Positions 1-13,579 are shown, counted from the whole stretch's first letter. The stretch is DNA of 63,984 nucleotides, filler included, from Lenisia limosa (GCA_001655205.1; 17 parts of 17 records of this genome joined end to end with filler, not necessarily neighbours in it), one strand, 5' to 3'. Notes: a model not told the origin generated them from the letters alone. A program made the numbers and translations.

Positions 1-19
1 CCCCCCCCCCCCTTTCCAG

Positions 20-1225
20 AGCCCACGTTCATCAAGGCAAGACGTACGTCTTCTCGTTCACCTCAGGGGAGCAAAGGACAAGTTGGATGGCGACGCTCCA
101 GAACCGGCAAGTATCACTTAAGTCCGCGTTCTTCACCGTAAGGGGGTGGAGGTAATATTTGGGGTAATTAGTGGGGTATTGTTTGAGTGGGAGATTAGAT
201 TGTCTTTGTGTGGGGCTGAAGTGGACTAGGCCTTCCCTTTGGTCTGATGATGCTGATATGGAGATTGAGTCTTGTATTCTTACAGAAGCTACTGGCTTGG
301 GCTTTGTTAGCTGTTCAAGCCCTCATATTGAGGTTTTAATTTTAGGTTCATAAATTTCCATTTTTCAGTACGTTGGAGTGATGGGATGCGGTTCTGCAAA
401 AGCGACTGATCCGGGCTTTTTTTGTTTTGTTGTTATCAACTCCCGTGTGTTGTCAGCCAACAGAGNNNNNNNNNNNNNNNNNNNNNNNNNNNNNNNNNNN
501 NNNNNNNNNNNNNNNNNNNNNNNNNNNNNNNNNNNNNNNNNNNNNNNNNNNNNNNNNNNNNNNNNNNNNNNNNNNNNNNNNNNNNNNNNNNNNNNNNNNN
601 NNNNNNNNNNNNNNNNNNNNNNNNNNNNNNNNNNNNNNNNNNNNNNNNNNNNNNNNNNNNNNNNNNNNNNNNNNNNCGCAATCTAAAAAGCGCTGGGCAC
701 GGGTCCAACGCCACTATATGCTCTATTTCGACAAGCCACAGGTGGGTGTGGTTTGCGACTCGACATATCTGGCATTGGATGCTGTGTTGTATAATGGATA
801 AAAACAGGTGTATTTCGATTAGATTTGCTAAATTGGCAAAAATTAACAGTATTGAATATATTAGTATTGATTAATACTCTTTCGGTATTTCGACTCAATA
901 TCGTTGGCATTAAAGAGTACAAAGTATCTAGAAGCACCTTTCACACCCCCCCCCCCAGCCACTGGCCTGGGCTTTTTTNNNNNNNNNNNNNNNNNNNNNN
1001 NNNNNNNNNNNNNNNNNNNNNNNNNNNNNNNNNNNNNNNNNNNNNNNNNNNNNNNNNNNNNNNNNNNNNNNNNNNNNNNNNNNNNNNNNNNNNNNNNNNN
1101 NNNNNNNNNNNNNNNNNNNNNNNNNNNNNNNNNNNNNNNNNNNNNNNNNNNNNNGGAACATCAAGGGCAATGTCGACCTTTTCCAGTCCGCCGTTACGAC
1201 CGAGGGAGATGACCAGTTTTCTATA
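20..1225 (+). CDS. Tandem PH-domain protein, internal exons (partial)
   Basis: GT-AG exons: 20-110 (HQGKTYVFSFTSGEQRTSWMATLQNRQ, PH C-terminal helix with the conserved Trp), micro-exon 369-377 (YVG), ~679-745 (SKKRWARVQRHYMLYFDKPQ, PH beta1-2) and ~1155-1225 (NIKGNVDLFQSAVTTEGDDQFSI, PH beta3-5). Confidence 0.75.
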
Positions 1226-1964
1226 TGGTGAGATACAGCCTTATTTTTATTTCTCATTGCTATATAGTATATCATATAGTATATACATATATATCGATAT
1301 GGTGGGGTGAACAGGGGGGTTTCTGGTGAAGGGCTCTATTTGAGTGGGATGTGGTGTGTGGGGGAGTCTATATGATGTGTGTGTGGGGGGTGTTNNNNNN
1401 NNNNNNNNNNNNNNNNNNNNNNNNNNNNNNNNNNNNNNTTAATTAATTAANNNNNNNNNNNNNNNNNNNNNNNNNNNNNNNNNNNNNNNNNNNNGTAAGT
1501 GAAGGAAGAAATTTTTGAAGGATGTTAGCTTAAAGGTGCTCATCACGAGCCGAAAAATTCCAAATAATAATAATAAAAAACATTACCAAACATGGGTAGA
1601 CTTGTTAAAAAAACTTGACAAAATTAAATTTTGAGGTAAGAAGGAATCTCGTTGAAGACTATTGGCGAAAAGATACTATGTAAAATTATGAAAAAAAAAA
1701 AGGGGGGGGGGGAAGAAATTATCAATCTAAAAAAACANNNNNNNNNNNNNNNNNNNNNNNNNNNNNNNNNNNNNNNNNNNNNNNNNNNNNNNNNNNNNNN
1801 NNNNNNNNNNNNNNNNNNNNNNNNNNNNNNNNNNNNNNNNNNNNNNNNNNNNNNNNNNNNNNNNNNNNNNNNNNNNNNNNNNNNNNNNNNNNNNNNNNNN
1901 NNNNNNNNNNNNNNNNNNNNNNNNNNNNNNNNNNNNNNNCACAAACAAATCAGCAGTCGCATAC

Positions 1965-2654
1965 CTGCTGCGCTGGGGTCTGGAGAATGAAATTCGGATG
2001 AAAGAAAGAATGGGGTAAGATAGGTTCTAAGGGGAAAGAATGAAGCGGTGGGGAAAGTAGTGCAATTCCATCAATTCATCAGGAATACACCGTTCTATTC
2101 AAACACAATAAAACGACAATTTCCCGCAAACCTGCGTCCGCGAGAGCGGGATCTGGAGGGGCTGCGCGAGCTGAACAGTCAGGGGAAAGAAGAGAGGGGG
2201 TGATCAAGAGCCATAATCAACCAGAGAGACCAACCTTGAAGAAGAGCGACTCCTGAAGGGATTGAAATGAATGGTTAGTAAAAAAATAAGGGAGAAAGGG
2301 GGAATAAAGTAACTTGAAAGCGAGAGAAGCTTACGAAGAGCGAGATCTTGAGGTGCTAAATCGTGTCAGAACAGTTACTTCCACAAAATCGCATTAAATT
2401 GAATTCGCAAACACACCTGTGGGTCCTGGAACGAGAGCGACGTTTTCCAATGGAGCGAGACCTTGAACGAGAAGTGCTCGCGCTGCGAGAGCTACATAGA
2501 ATAACAACAAAGACATTTAATCCCTAAACAGCCTTGCAGTGAAACATCTTCCCAAAATAAAAACGACCATTAACCCACCTAGAGCTAGAGATAGAGCGAG
2601 AACGTCTAAATAAGGTTATTCACAGTGTTTAATCCAAAAATCAAACCTTCCCAT
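1965..2654 (-). CDS. Protein with N-terminal Arg/Ser-rich (RS) domain, 5' part
   Basis: ATG at 2654. Exons 2647-2654, 2579-2605, 2417-2491, 2335-2346, 2235-2252, 2132-2170 and 1965-1979 are all GT-AG and in frame: MGRRSRSISSSSSRSASTSRSRSRSIGKRRSRSRTHRSRSSSRSSSSSRSPSRSRSRGRRPQRS. The gene continues into the gap. Confidence 0.8.
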
Positions 2655-2911
2655 TTTATGAAACACTTCAAAAGAAAGCCTTTAAACTATTCCTAAAATC
2701 CCCGTATGAAGTACTCCAACTGCCAGAAACCTTTTAAAATCTGTATTTTTGTATTTTTTGAAAGAAAGTGTTGACTTTTATGTACCCTAGTCCAAAACTC
2801 TATATAGTATTTAAGAGCAACATTTTTGAGGATTCGGCACGCGTATGCACTACCCTTAGGCTGTATTTGATCCAGTTTTATATTTAGAAGACGTATTGAT
2901 TGAGTAGCAAA

Positions 2912-4796
2912 ATGGTGAAGGGTTGGTTCCGACCTCAGATTGAGGACATTGGACCCTCCGCTCGCTGCACCCATGTGGCAACAACAACAGTTGACAGCTT
3001 ATTCGTATTCGGTGGCTTTGATGGAGCCAACATGCTCAACGACACTTGGACCCTCAAGCAATCAGGTTCGTCCCTGCTTCCGCTCTCCGGCTGTTCAGCT
3101 GCTTTCTGTCACCCTAAATATTGGTTTATAACAGGAATAATTGTGTTGTTGAAGGCCAGGGTGGTGCTCAGAGTCTTCCCTCTATTGTTTATTAATTGAA
3201 TTTGAAAAGGGGGAATGCGAATGTAATCCCGCCTCTGCATTTCTACTCTTTTTTTTTTGTTTTGCAGTAGAGTCTATATTGAATTTAGGATCATAGAAAA
3301 GTATTTCTATGGGATTCTTTTATTTTTCTAGCCTTGTTAAAGCGTCAGCTCCAATTATATCCTCATCTAGCATTTGACATCCCGCTCCCTCACGATCATA
3401 GTTTCAACAGAGACTACCACAAATAGTTCCATCACCTGACTCTGTAGGCGAATCCATCCATTGGAAGAAGCACCTCATCTCATCACAAGCCATTAGACCC
3501 ACACAGCGGGCCGGAGCGACTGCCGTGGGGGGATACCTAACAGTTTGGCTATGATGGGGTGTTCATGATAGACGGTCTACCAGTGGCAATTCTTGATCAT
3601 AGGCATGTCAAAACTCGATTACCCCCCCCCCCNNNNNNNNNNNNNNNNNNNNNNNNNNNNNNNNNNNNNNNNNNNNNNNNNNNNNNNNNNNNNNNNNNNN
3701 NNNNNNNNNNNNNNNNNNNNNGACATGTAATATGATATTGTTTTTGTAATATGTATTATTTGGGGAGTTTTTTGGAACAAGACAATACATTTTAATAAAT
3801 ACAATCGTGACAATAACTTTGCTGTTTACGATTTTAGGTGTGCCATGACGGACAGATTTACCTCTGGGGCGGGAGCAAAGAGGGCAGGTTCTTCAACGAC
3901 CTTCATATCTACGACCCTCGTGAGCCTTCCCTTTATTGGTGCTAAGTAATGCCACCTCTGTGTATTTCTTGGAATTCGTCAAGGGGGCTTCATGTTATAA
4001 TTATTGTCGTTAAATATTGTCGCCAAATCAGCTATTCCCCTTCAAAACAGTAATATATTTCTGAGATATACACACTTTNNNNNNNNNNNNNNNNNNNNNN
4101 NNNNNNNNNNNNNNNNNNNNNNNNNNNNNNNNNNNNNNNNNNNNNNNNNNNNNNNNNNNNNNNNNNNNNNNNNNNNNNNNNNNNNNNNNNNNNNNNNNNN
4201 NNNNNNNNNNNNNNNNNNNNNNNNNNNNNNNNNNNNNNNNNNNNNNNNNNNNNNNNNNNNNNNNNNNNNNNNNNNNNNNNNNNNNNNNNNNNNNNNNNNN
4301 NNNNNNNNNNNNNNNNNNNNNNNNNNNNNNNNNNNNNNNNNNNNNNATGTACTACACACAATTCACAATATTTAAATTATCCCTTTTTTGCCTTCCTCCC
4401 ATTCACCCCATAGTCGCGCTGGAATGGACAACAGCCCCCACTCGCGGCACTCCTCCCACCCCACGATCAAGGTGAAGGGTGTAAATTATAGTATATTAGG
4501 CCCAGCAATCATCCGGAATATGGACCAGTGAAATTCAAAGAAATACTCTTTTTGCCGTGTTAATAATGAAGCCAATGCATTTCTTAAGTTGTGTGGATGG
4601 TGATTGGGTGAGTTGCGGGAGCCCTATTCACCCTATTTTATCAGATAAGTACTTAAACTCTGTACAAAAATTTTAATTTATTTTTCGATATTAAAGTTGC
4701 TCAGACATTGTGCGAGTCTCATTGGCGACAAAATGTACATTTTCGGTGGAGGCAATGACAAAAGAATGTTCGACGACATCCACATGCTTGATATCC
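2912..4796 (+). CDS. Kelch-repeat protein (5' part)
   Basis: Exons 2912-3065, 3448-3524, 3838-3919, 4414-4471 and 4705-4796 splice in frame. Kelch motifs: PSARCTH..LFVFGGFDG..MLNDTW, IYLWGG..FFNDLHIYD, PRSRHCASLIGDKMYIFGGG..MFDDIHMLD. Confidence 0.9.
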
Positions 4797-4932
4797 GTAA
4801 GGGTCCTTTGGTTGTGTTTTGTACATTTGGTGTTGTATTATTGTACAATATGAGAGAATATAATCCACTGTATTAGTATAATATACTGTCATGTGTGTAT
4901 TGTGGATGTTTAATGAAGAGTGATTTCATCAC

Positions 4933-5015
4933 GGGTCTGTGGTCATACCTTTCCTCCAATATGGGTCTGTGGTCATACCTTTCCGCCAATATGGGTCTGT
5001 GGTCATACCTTTCCG
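4933..5015. repeat. 30-bp tandem minisatellite (~2.8 units, cut by scaffold end)
   Basis: GGGTCTGTGGTCATACCTTTCC(T/G)CCAATAT repeated head-to-tail. Confidence 0.9.
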
Positions 5016-5339
5016 NNNNNNNNNNNNNNNNNNNNNNNNNNNNNNNNNNNNNNNNNNNNTTAATTAATTAANNNNNNNNNNNNNNNNNNNNNNNNNNNNN
5101 NNNNNNNNNNNNNNNCCCCCCCCCCTCCCTCTGATCCAATAGGTGCGAAGAGGAGGGGTACCTCAGAAAAAGAAGAAGGACGAGTTCGGAGTGGGGGGGG
5201 TATCGTCGTCTTTTCTTACTTTATTAATAGTACTTTTACGCGTAGTGCATAATAAATGAAACACTTTAATAAATATGATCTGTTTTGTTAATATGAAAAT
5301 GCAAATATACAATCAAAAACCATTCTGACAGATCATTAG

Positions 5340-6567
5340 ATTGGTAACGGTGTATATGCGGACTACAAGCATCTTCGTCACGTGCCGGTTTCCAAGGAGC
5401 TTGTATCTCGAGTCCACGACACTCTTGGCGAAATGGGCTGTGGATCCTTGCGTGGGTTATTTCGGCTCTTTTGTCTCTTTTTGATGTTGATTTTCTTCTG
5501 TGATGCTTTGAACTATTTTTGTGGTGTTTTGGGCTCTTTTTTTTATTTTTGTTGTTGTTGTTGTTGTTCTATTTTTACCTCTTTGTGTGCTCTCACCCGC
5601 TTCTCCAGCCGAGAAGTTTTCGCGCCACGAGATGCTAAACCAGGCCAGAGGTGAACTCGTGCAGGACCTCCTTCTGCTCTTCGATCTTCAGAAGATGTTG
5701 CAGAAACTCGAATACCAGGTGGGTGTTGGGAAATTGTCTTTAAATTAGAGCGTCATTTTCGGTTCCAAAACACCTGAATAATATCGATATTTATCGAGAA
5801 TTTATCGAGAATTCAGTCTTTTTTGGAACCGAAAGTGAAGCTCTCCTACGATATCCTCTCAGGCCTTTGTGAAGCAAAAGCGGAGGTGGCGCAAGACAAC
5901 ACCTCCACAACACCCCCCCTATATGAGTATAGCATATCATATATTACCATATTTGACGTATACACCATCATATGATATAACATAGTACTAGCTATATGAT
6001 ATGATACATTCATATGATAATCTAGCACATTTGCCCTTTTATATTTTTCGATTTTTACTCCTCAGGCCATTGTGAAGCGGAAGCTGAAGGGACGGAAGGT
6101 GCCTGAAATTGACCGTGAACAGCTGATTGCCGGCCTCCACCTCCCCCCGGAACACCTCAGAAAGGGCTTTGTTGGCGAAACTGAGGTATAGGGGTGTGCA
6201 TAAAAAGGGCTTTGTTTTGTCTTGTTTTATTATTATGATTTTGAGGAATTTTTTCGTTTTTTTGTTTGTTTTATTTTTGTTATATTATCTTTTTGTTGTT
6301 TATTCTTTTTCGCCTTGTCGCACAAACTCAGAATGTGGTCTTTGGGGAGACAAGTGCAGTATTCTTTTTTCCTTATCTTGCTTCATTATTTATTACTTTG
6401 GTGTGTTTTTGATTTGTTCAAAATATCCCGCTGCATTCTTGACTCCGTGAAATCAATATTAAGGTGTCTGAAATGGAGCTCCCGAGCCCTAATTCCTTTG
6501 ATCGCTTTTTAGATCACGGAGGAAGACATGGTGCAATGCCTATACGAACGAGGTCTCAACGAGAACG
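5340..6567 (+). CDS. Hypothetical protein, internal exons
   Basis: GT-AG exons with coding-like composition: IGNGVYADYKHLRHVPVSKELVSRVHDTLGEM, EKFSRHEMLNQARGELVQDLLLLFDLQKMLQKLEYQ, AIVKRKLKGRKVPEIDREQLIAGLHLPPEHLRKGFVGETE, ITEEDMVQCLYERGLNEN. No family recognised. Confidence 0.6.
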
Positions 6568-6699
6568 GTGGGTTACCCCCCCCCCCCNNNNNNNNNNNNN
6601 NNNNNNNNNNNNNNNNNNNNNNNNNNNNNNNTTAATTAATTAANNNNNNNNNNNNNNNNNNNNNNNNNNNNNNNNNNNNNNNNNNNNAGTTTTTAGACG

Positions 6700-9600
6700 C
6701 GTCTTTTTGGAGAGCATGACTCTTCAGTTTCTTCTGTTTCTTTTTGCACTTTCTTCTCTGCTCGCGCTCTGGTTGAAGTTAGAAAAACAAAAAAAAAAGA
6801 AGAAGAAGAAGTTAGGGAAATGACGTTCACATTCGATCACAGAGAGGTGATTCTTGGTCCAAAAGAAGAAGATTTGCAACTACATAATTGCATCGACTTG
6901 GGATTCCCATAAATTTCTTCAAATTTCCATAAAATTCATGGAATTTCCATGTAAAATATGGGAATTCCAACGCTTTCACAAGAATCCCAAGTCGATGCGC
7001 CGTAGTGTAGCAGTGATAAAATAAACAAGGTTGTGTTACAGCTAGTGCGTGTGTGGGGTAATAATTATGAGGAATTAGGTTTACGACCAAAATCACTCGG
7101 CGCCATTGTGGTTCTGAATAAAGTTTGGAATTGAAGATGTTAATAGAGAGATGGGGTGTAAATGAATAAAACAAGTTTTTCTGGCAGAAGCTGCTCACAC
7201 CATCACCCTTATAAAAGATACTCGATTGTAGGATATGATATGAAAATGTATTTAATAATTAATCCATCATTTGCCTTACAACTCTGTGTCTGATTGCCTT
7301 CCCAGCATTTAGATAGTGATAGTTTTTAAGACTCATACTCAACTCCCATAACTTCAGAATTAAGAACAGAATTTCAACAACGTAGTAACAAAATGAAATA
7401 ATAAGAAGATTGAAGCAATTAAATGAAGCAATAAGATGACATAATTTATAAGACGGAGCAATTAGATAGAGCAATTAGATGGAGCAATAAGACGGCAATA
7501 AGATGAAGTAATAAGATGATAAAATTAATGAGATGATTTGGGTAAATTTGATGGCCTAATAGAAGTGTCACGTAATAAGAAGAGAAAAAACAATAGATAA
7601 TAAGATGAGAAGAGTTAACATTTGTGGGAGAATTCAATCCCCCTATCCCACCTTGAGCGACTTTGGGATCAACAGGGGTCATTGGAGTGTCAACTAGGAC
7701 CTCCTGTGGGGTAAAATATCTATAAAAACAATAACACAAATTATTTCAACTCGAAAGTCGTGATGATGATCTTAGCACATGGATACTAAAGGTTAATATC
7801 GTATCCCCGAGTCCTGGCTGTCATATCACTAGGGCCTCACTACGGTCCAACAAAGACCGGTAAAATATCTATATTCATCGAGGATTTATCGAGAATTGAC
7901 ATTGCGCAGAAAATGAAAGTCCAACACCTATGAAAACTATCCAAAATGTCATATGATAATTGACTCATAAGTCCCAATGATACTTTGATACACTCGGGAT
8001 GAACCCTCATGTTTTCTTCGTTCATCATTTCGCCTTGAATTCAAGGTCATATGATCATTCATATCACTAGTGGATATGGGTTAACATCTCAATATCAACC
8101 AAATGAACCACACTAGCACATTCATATTAAAGAACAAAACTCTCCCCTCTCTAATCATATCACTAATGGATATTTGTTAACAGTTGATTGAAGTTTGAAT
8201 CAGTGGCATGTCATTTTCTTTGCAATCATTTAACCATCAATTTGCTAGGTGTAGAGAGATAAAACAAGCCCTACATTATAATAGTACTAATAAAGAGCTT
8301 TACAACAAAGTTGAGCTTTCAGCCCATATTCCAGATTTCTCCAAATATTTGTGTTTTGTTTTTTAACCCGTATCCACTAGTCTCTCACCTCAACAACGTC
8401 TTGGCCTCCCTCCCGCTTGAGAGTCACCTTTTTCATTTCCTTCCTCTTCTGACTCGACAAAGCAACCAAGACTAGTTGTTGGTTTGTTAGTTTGTTGTTC
8501 AGTTATTCTTAGTTGCAGTGTTAGTTGGCTTTTGTATTTTACACGAAGTCCACGTCATCAAATCAGAATTATTCCATTTTCAAATGAAGTGTTAAAAAAA
8601 GTGGAAGTGCCATTGTTGTTGGTATGAAGCACTTATAAAGAGAAACATGAGAAACAAGTAAATATAGAGGAAGAGAATGGGAATGTGAGTCAAGATAAGG
8701 AGAATACTATTTTGACAGGTGAAATCGGTTATTCCACCATCAGTTTAATTCCAATAAGCCTAAAGAAACATAATTAGATGTAAACTGACAGACTTCTACA
8801 AACAAAAACAGTCTATTCATGAGGCCCGGAAAATCGATGACGTGGACTTAGGTAGTAGGACGTCCCTTCGATTGAGTCACAGCAGTCACAGTCAGTTATG
8901 TGTAGTTTTGTAATTCAAATGTAATTAGGTTCTTATTAGGTACAAATTAGGTCTAATTACTATATACAACGATTACGCCCAAAACAATGGTGTAAAGGGT
9001 TTTGGCGAGTGGTGGTGGGGAATCTGGTGGAATATAAAAGAGAAGCCTTTTCGAACACACCAAGAGGTGATTTTATCGAAATTTTTCGGTGTTTATCTCT
9101 ACATTAATCCAATGGTATTATATATTCCCAAATAATAAAAGGGAATTGAAAGTTGATGCACTTGTTTTTTAAAAAGATTTCCATAATATTCCATTGTTCC
9201 CATCTCAAATGAGGATTCCAACTTGTTAACAAGAATTCCTCAATGTGCCGTTGTGGGAGGAAATCAAGGACTGGTCAGGCCTTTAGATTAATGGTTTAAT
9301 TAGGTGACTCGGAATTTCCTTCATCTTCTATGTTTTGTGCACAATTAATTACCACAAGCCCCCTTCTTTCCCCTCAAGTAGACTAAGAAAGAGTACATAA
9401 CCAAACAAAGCAAAAAGAAAACAAAAGGGAACATAACAAAAGGGGTGACGGAGGTAGGGTAGGGTAGTAGGGTCGTAGCGGGGACGGAAGGGGGTAGACA
9501 GGATCTGAGGAGAGCGTTATCTCTTGAGGGTGTATATGCTGATTTTGCCTTCATTATTGGAGCTGGAAACCACGAATTCTGGCAAGGAATTGAGCAGACG

Positions 9601-12426
9601 CACGCACTGGAGTTGCATCTATGGGGGTAGAGTAAAAGGAAAATTTATCAAAAAAAAAAAACCCCCATAATCAACTCCGATGGCAGCTCGCAAATGATAG
9701 GGGAAAATGATACGTTTTCCCCCACATGGTACACCCCCCCCCACGCTTTGAACAAGGGTTCCGTTTGTAATCGAGCGGATCTCCAATGAATGCTCCGAGA
9801 GGGCACAGACTGAATGGTGAGAAGTGGAAACGAGTAAATTTCAAAGATGGAAAATACTAGAGCTTCACTTTAGATTAGATTCCGAAACACCTGTATAATA
9901 TCGAGGATTTATCGAGGATTTATCGAAAATTCAGTCTTTTTTGAAAGTGAAGCTCTAGAAAAGACTAGTGTTAAGCAGGTATGTTACTGAGAACTGCCAC
10001 GTCATTAAGGGTGAGAACGATGAATGATTAGCATTACCCCCTTTATCTTATATAACACATTAGCATATATCTAGCAAAGAAAAAAAAAAAAAAAAANNNN
10101 NNNNNNNNNNNNNNNNNNNNNNNNNNNNNNNNNNNNNNNNNNNNNNNNNNNNNNNNNNNNNNNNNNNNNNNNNNNNNNNNNNNNNNNNNNNNNGATAAGA
10201 GATATTGTTGAATTATTGTATCATATTAATTCACCCAATCATTTGCCTTAGCTGCTCATGTAATTTATACTTATTATCATATTAATACATATCGATATAC
10301 ATATGTACATAATATAGCCCCCCCCCCCCACTATAGGGAGGAATCAAGGCGGTTTCCCTCGGGAGAATTGACCACTTTATTTCCAATCCGTTACGCGTGG
10401 GGGTGCCCTGGGTGGGTTAAAGCGGAAGAAATTTCGATGAAACTTGGATCTTCACCATCATCACCATCACCACATTCATCACCATCATCACCACATTCAT
10501 CCATTATCATCATCACCATCATCATCACCCATCATCATCACCCATCATCACAATAATCATAACCGTAATACTGCTGTCTTCACCTACCTCAAAGTCCACG
10601 AAGGTTGCGTAAGTGGAGTAGCACAATAGAATATCCGCTAAAATAGTAAATTCGGAAAAGAACAATAGAATATCCGCTGAAATCGTGAGATGCAAAAATA
10701 AACTGGAATGCCCCCCCCCCCCTTTTTCCTTCTTCACCTCTAATTAAGGCTTCACTGAGGTGGCCAAAATATCGGTACAACATTGATAGTTTTCGAGGAT
10801 TTATTGAATAATTCAGTAGATTTCTAATGTATATTATTTCACTTTCACACGAGAATATACATTAGAAATCTAGAGAAACAAATAAATACATAGGGATACC
10901 ATTCTTTTATCGAACCAAAGTGAAGCTCTACCTCTATTTATAATATTGCCCTCCCTCCCCTCTCCCACCTTCGGCAGTCACATGTGCACCTAATGGGGCC
11001 AAATTGTTGGCAATGGAAGGGACGTGGAGCTGAAGAAGGGGGGGAGTAAAATTGGAAAATTTATGAAACAAAAAAGCCCAAAAATCCTCTGATAACTGAT
11101 AACATACAACAAAACAAAAAAAGCCAAGGCCAGTCGCTTCTGCATCACCGCCCCATCACTCCGAAAAAAACTCACCTCTATGATTTCGCCTGTCATAGCA
11201 ATCAGGTGAAATTCGTTTCGAATGGAAATGAGCAAGCCAAACTAGGGTGTGAAAATAGAGGGGAACACAAATAAAACTCAAAAATTGAACCTTTAAACAC
11301 ACTCCCCCCCCCCCAGTGTGTCTCGGGGNNNNNNNNNNNNNNNNNNNNNNNNNNNNNNNNNNNNNNNNNNNNNNNNNNNNNNNNNNNNNNNNNNNNNNNN
11401 NNNNNNNNNNNNNNNNNNNNNNNNNNNCCTATGTATTATTTGTTTCCCTAGCTTTCTAATGGATATTATTTGTCCCCCCCCCCCCACGTCGCCGTTGTGC
11501 TCCACTACAGAAAGAGTGGTAGGGGGGCTGCTGGTGTTGAAGGACTTGAAGTGTTTCCAGGAGAGATTGGAATCGTCCCATCGCCAGGTTTCAATTGAGG
11601 ACTTCACGCAGGTTGCTAGCATCTTCGGAGAGGTGAGATTGGAAATTACTGAAGCAGAAAATTTAAAATAAAAAGGAAATATAGTTTTTTTTAATAATAT
11701 TTTTGGTGGTGGTGGTGGGGGTGATTGGAAATTGATGAAATAGAAAAATCGAGAGTTTTCGAAGATAAATCGAGAGATTCAGTCTTTTTTCGAACTTTAA
11801 GTGAAGTAATTCTATAACACCATGTAGTATATAATTCCCACATGGCTGAATCCTGAAGAACCCGACGAAATGAATCTGCACGGACCGGAGGAAAGGAGGG
11901 TGGGGCTAGGGGGTAAAATTGAAAAAAAAATATGAAATGTTTTTTAAAAAACAAAAATGAAATGTTTTTTAAAAAACAAAAATGAAATGTTTTTTAAAAA
12001 ACAAAACTCAAAATCAACTCCGTTGGCTGACAACACAAGAGGGTTGAGAACAAAACAAACAAAGCCCATATAGAAAAACATATTATATCAAACAGTAAAT
12101 GATATGATTTATATTACATGATATGATAAAATAAACAATCTACTTGACTGAATTGAGGTGCACAACATACCAAGGGATAGTTTCGTTGAGGGGGCAATAG
12201 TAGTATCAGTAGAGTATCAAAGCATATTTCAATATACTAAAATATAGAATATCATATGATATAATATAAAATATTATAATACGTAATAGTAATATAATAG
12301 ATATAATATACACGACAGAATACCTGGGGATAGTTTCGGTGGAGGGAGTGGTGAGTTTGGAGAGGGAGTAGACCTCGAGGGTAGGCTTGTTGGCCTTACC
12401 CGTCAGCATGAAGCAGCTGTTGCAGC
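6700..12426 (-). CDS. CNH (citron homology) domain protein, C-terminal part
   Basis: Exons 12324-12426, 11842-11905, ~11509-11622, 11176-11242, 10990-11029, 10588-10637, 10332-10407, 9745-9809 and from 9618, plus probable 3' exons ~8389-8472, ~7654-7702 and ~6700-6770. The joined peptide DILLCYSTYATFVDFEGTPTRNGLEIKWSILPRETALIPPYICALSEHSLEIRSITNGTLVQSMQLQCVRLL matches the CNH pattern (LLCY..FV..G..I.W..P..PY..EIR). One phase junction near the 11329-11427 gap is unresolved. Confidence 0.85.
10449..10560. repeat. CAT/CAC trinucleotide low-complexity tract (intronic)
   Basis: (TCACCATCA)-type repeats inside a CNH-gene intron. Similar tracts occur at ~12700-12770 and 56437-56610. Confidence 0.85.
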
Positions 12427-13579
12427 CTGGGGGTGGGGGGTAAAATCGGAAAACTTATGAAAAAAAGAGACCTATTAAAAGTAACATGGGGAAATTTATG
12501 AAACAAACCCAAATCAACTGGGGGGGGGGGGGNNNNNNNNNNNNNNNNNNNNNNNNNNNNNNNNNNNNNNNNNNNNTTAATTAATTAANNNNNNNNNNNN
12601 NNNNNNNNNNNNNNNNNNNNNNNNNNNNNNNNTGGGGGGGGGGTGGTCTCAAAACCCTGATTCATTCTTTGGATTAACTCTCTTCTAATCCGTTCAGATC
12701 ACCCATCATCCACCACCATCATCATCTTCACCACCAAAACGAACACCATTACCACTATCATTTGTAACCAGTGTAGCGTTCATGTATTATATATATCAAT
12801 GATATCATTAAAGGATTGCAAAGCCTTCTTTTGGCCAAATTCTCACTTAAATCTCATTTTTTGTCACAAATTATATAACCACCACAGCAACACCTTAGTA
12901 ACTACTCTAGCAACAGGAAGCCCATTTGCGAAATCTCGAGACGGTTAAGAGGCTACAGGTTATACCGGTGGGGGGGGGGGGGTATTTAACAGTTNNNNNN
13001 NNNNNNNNNNNNNNNNNNNNNNNNNNNNNNNNNNNNNNNNNNNNNNNNNNNNNNNTAACAGTTGTCTTCTGGTTCACAATTAAAACTGAATTCTGAATAA
13101 TATACAGGATAAGTCTGACCTATTTTTCTTGGGAATCCACATAGCAAATCGGTCAAGACTTATCCCGGTCACTTTTTATCTGAATTTTCGAAAAGTAAAT
13201 GGTCATATAGCATACACTTTGAGACTCCTGTGGGGTGTACTAAACTCTCGAGTATGACACCTGCAGAGGGGATTAATCAATCTCGAAAATGTGATTGGTT
13301 TTTGATTCTTGTTTTATTATTGTTATTAATGTTTCTCTCATTTTTCTTTAGTTCTCTTTTGTGTTCCATTTTCTCACTTGTTTGTGTCCTTGCGCTGGTT
13401 TCCTCGCCACACTGTGGCCGTCTTCATAAGAATTTCTTGAAAAAGAGAAATACTATACTAGGGAAACAAAAAAGCTGCAGTATGATGACAACAAATATAC
13501 CATTGTAACTCAATTGTAAAAACTTCAGAATTCAGCCACGTTTATTAACTAAAATGCCACATTAGGGGTGTGGTCATTA

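Noticed and set aside
1439-1450. TTAATTAATTAA as a biological repeat or piggyBac TTAA target
   Set aside because: Always embedded in N padding at scaffold joins; it is a six-frame stop linker.
10444-10629. His-rich or Ser-rich ORFs in the track (also 56370-56666 and 56433-56636)
   Set aside because: They are translations of CAT/CAC microsatellite tracts inside introns of the CNH and histidine kinase genes.
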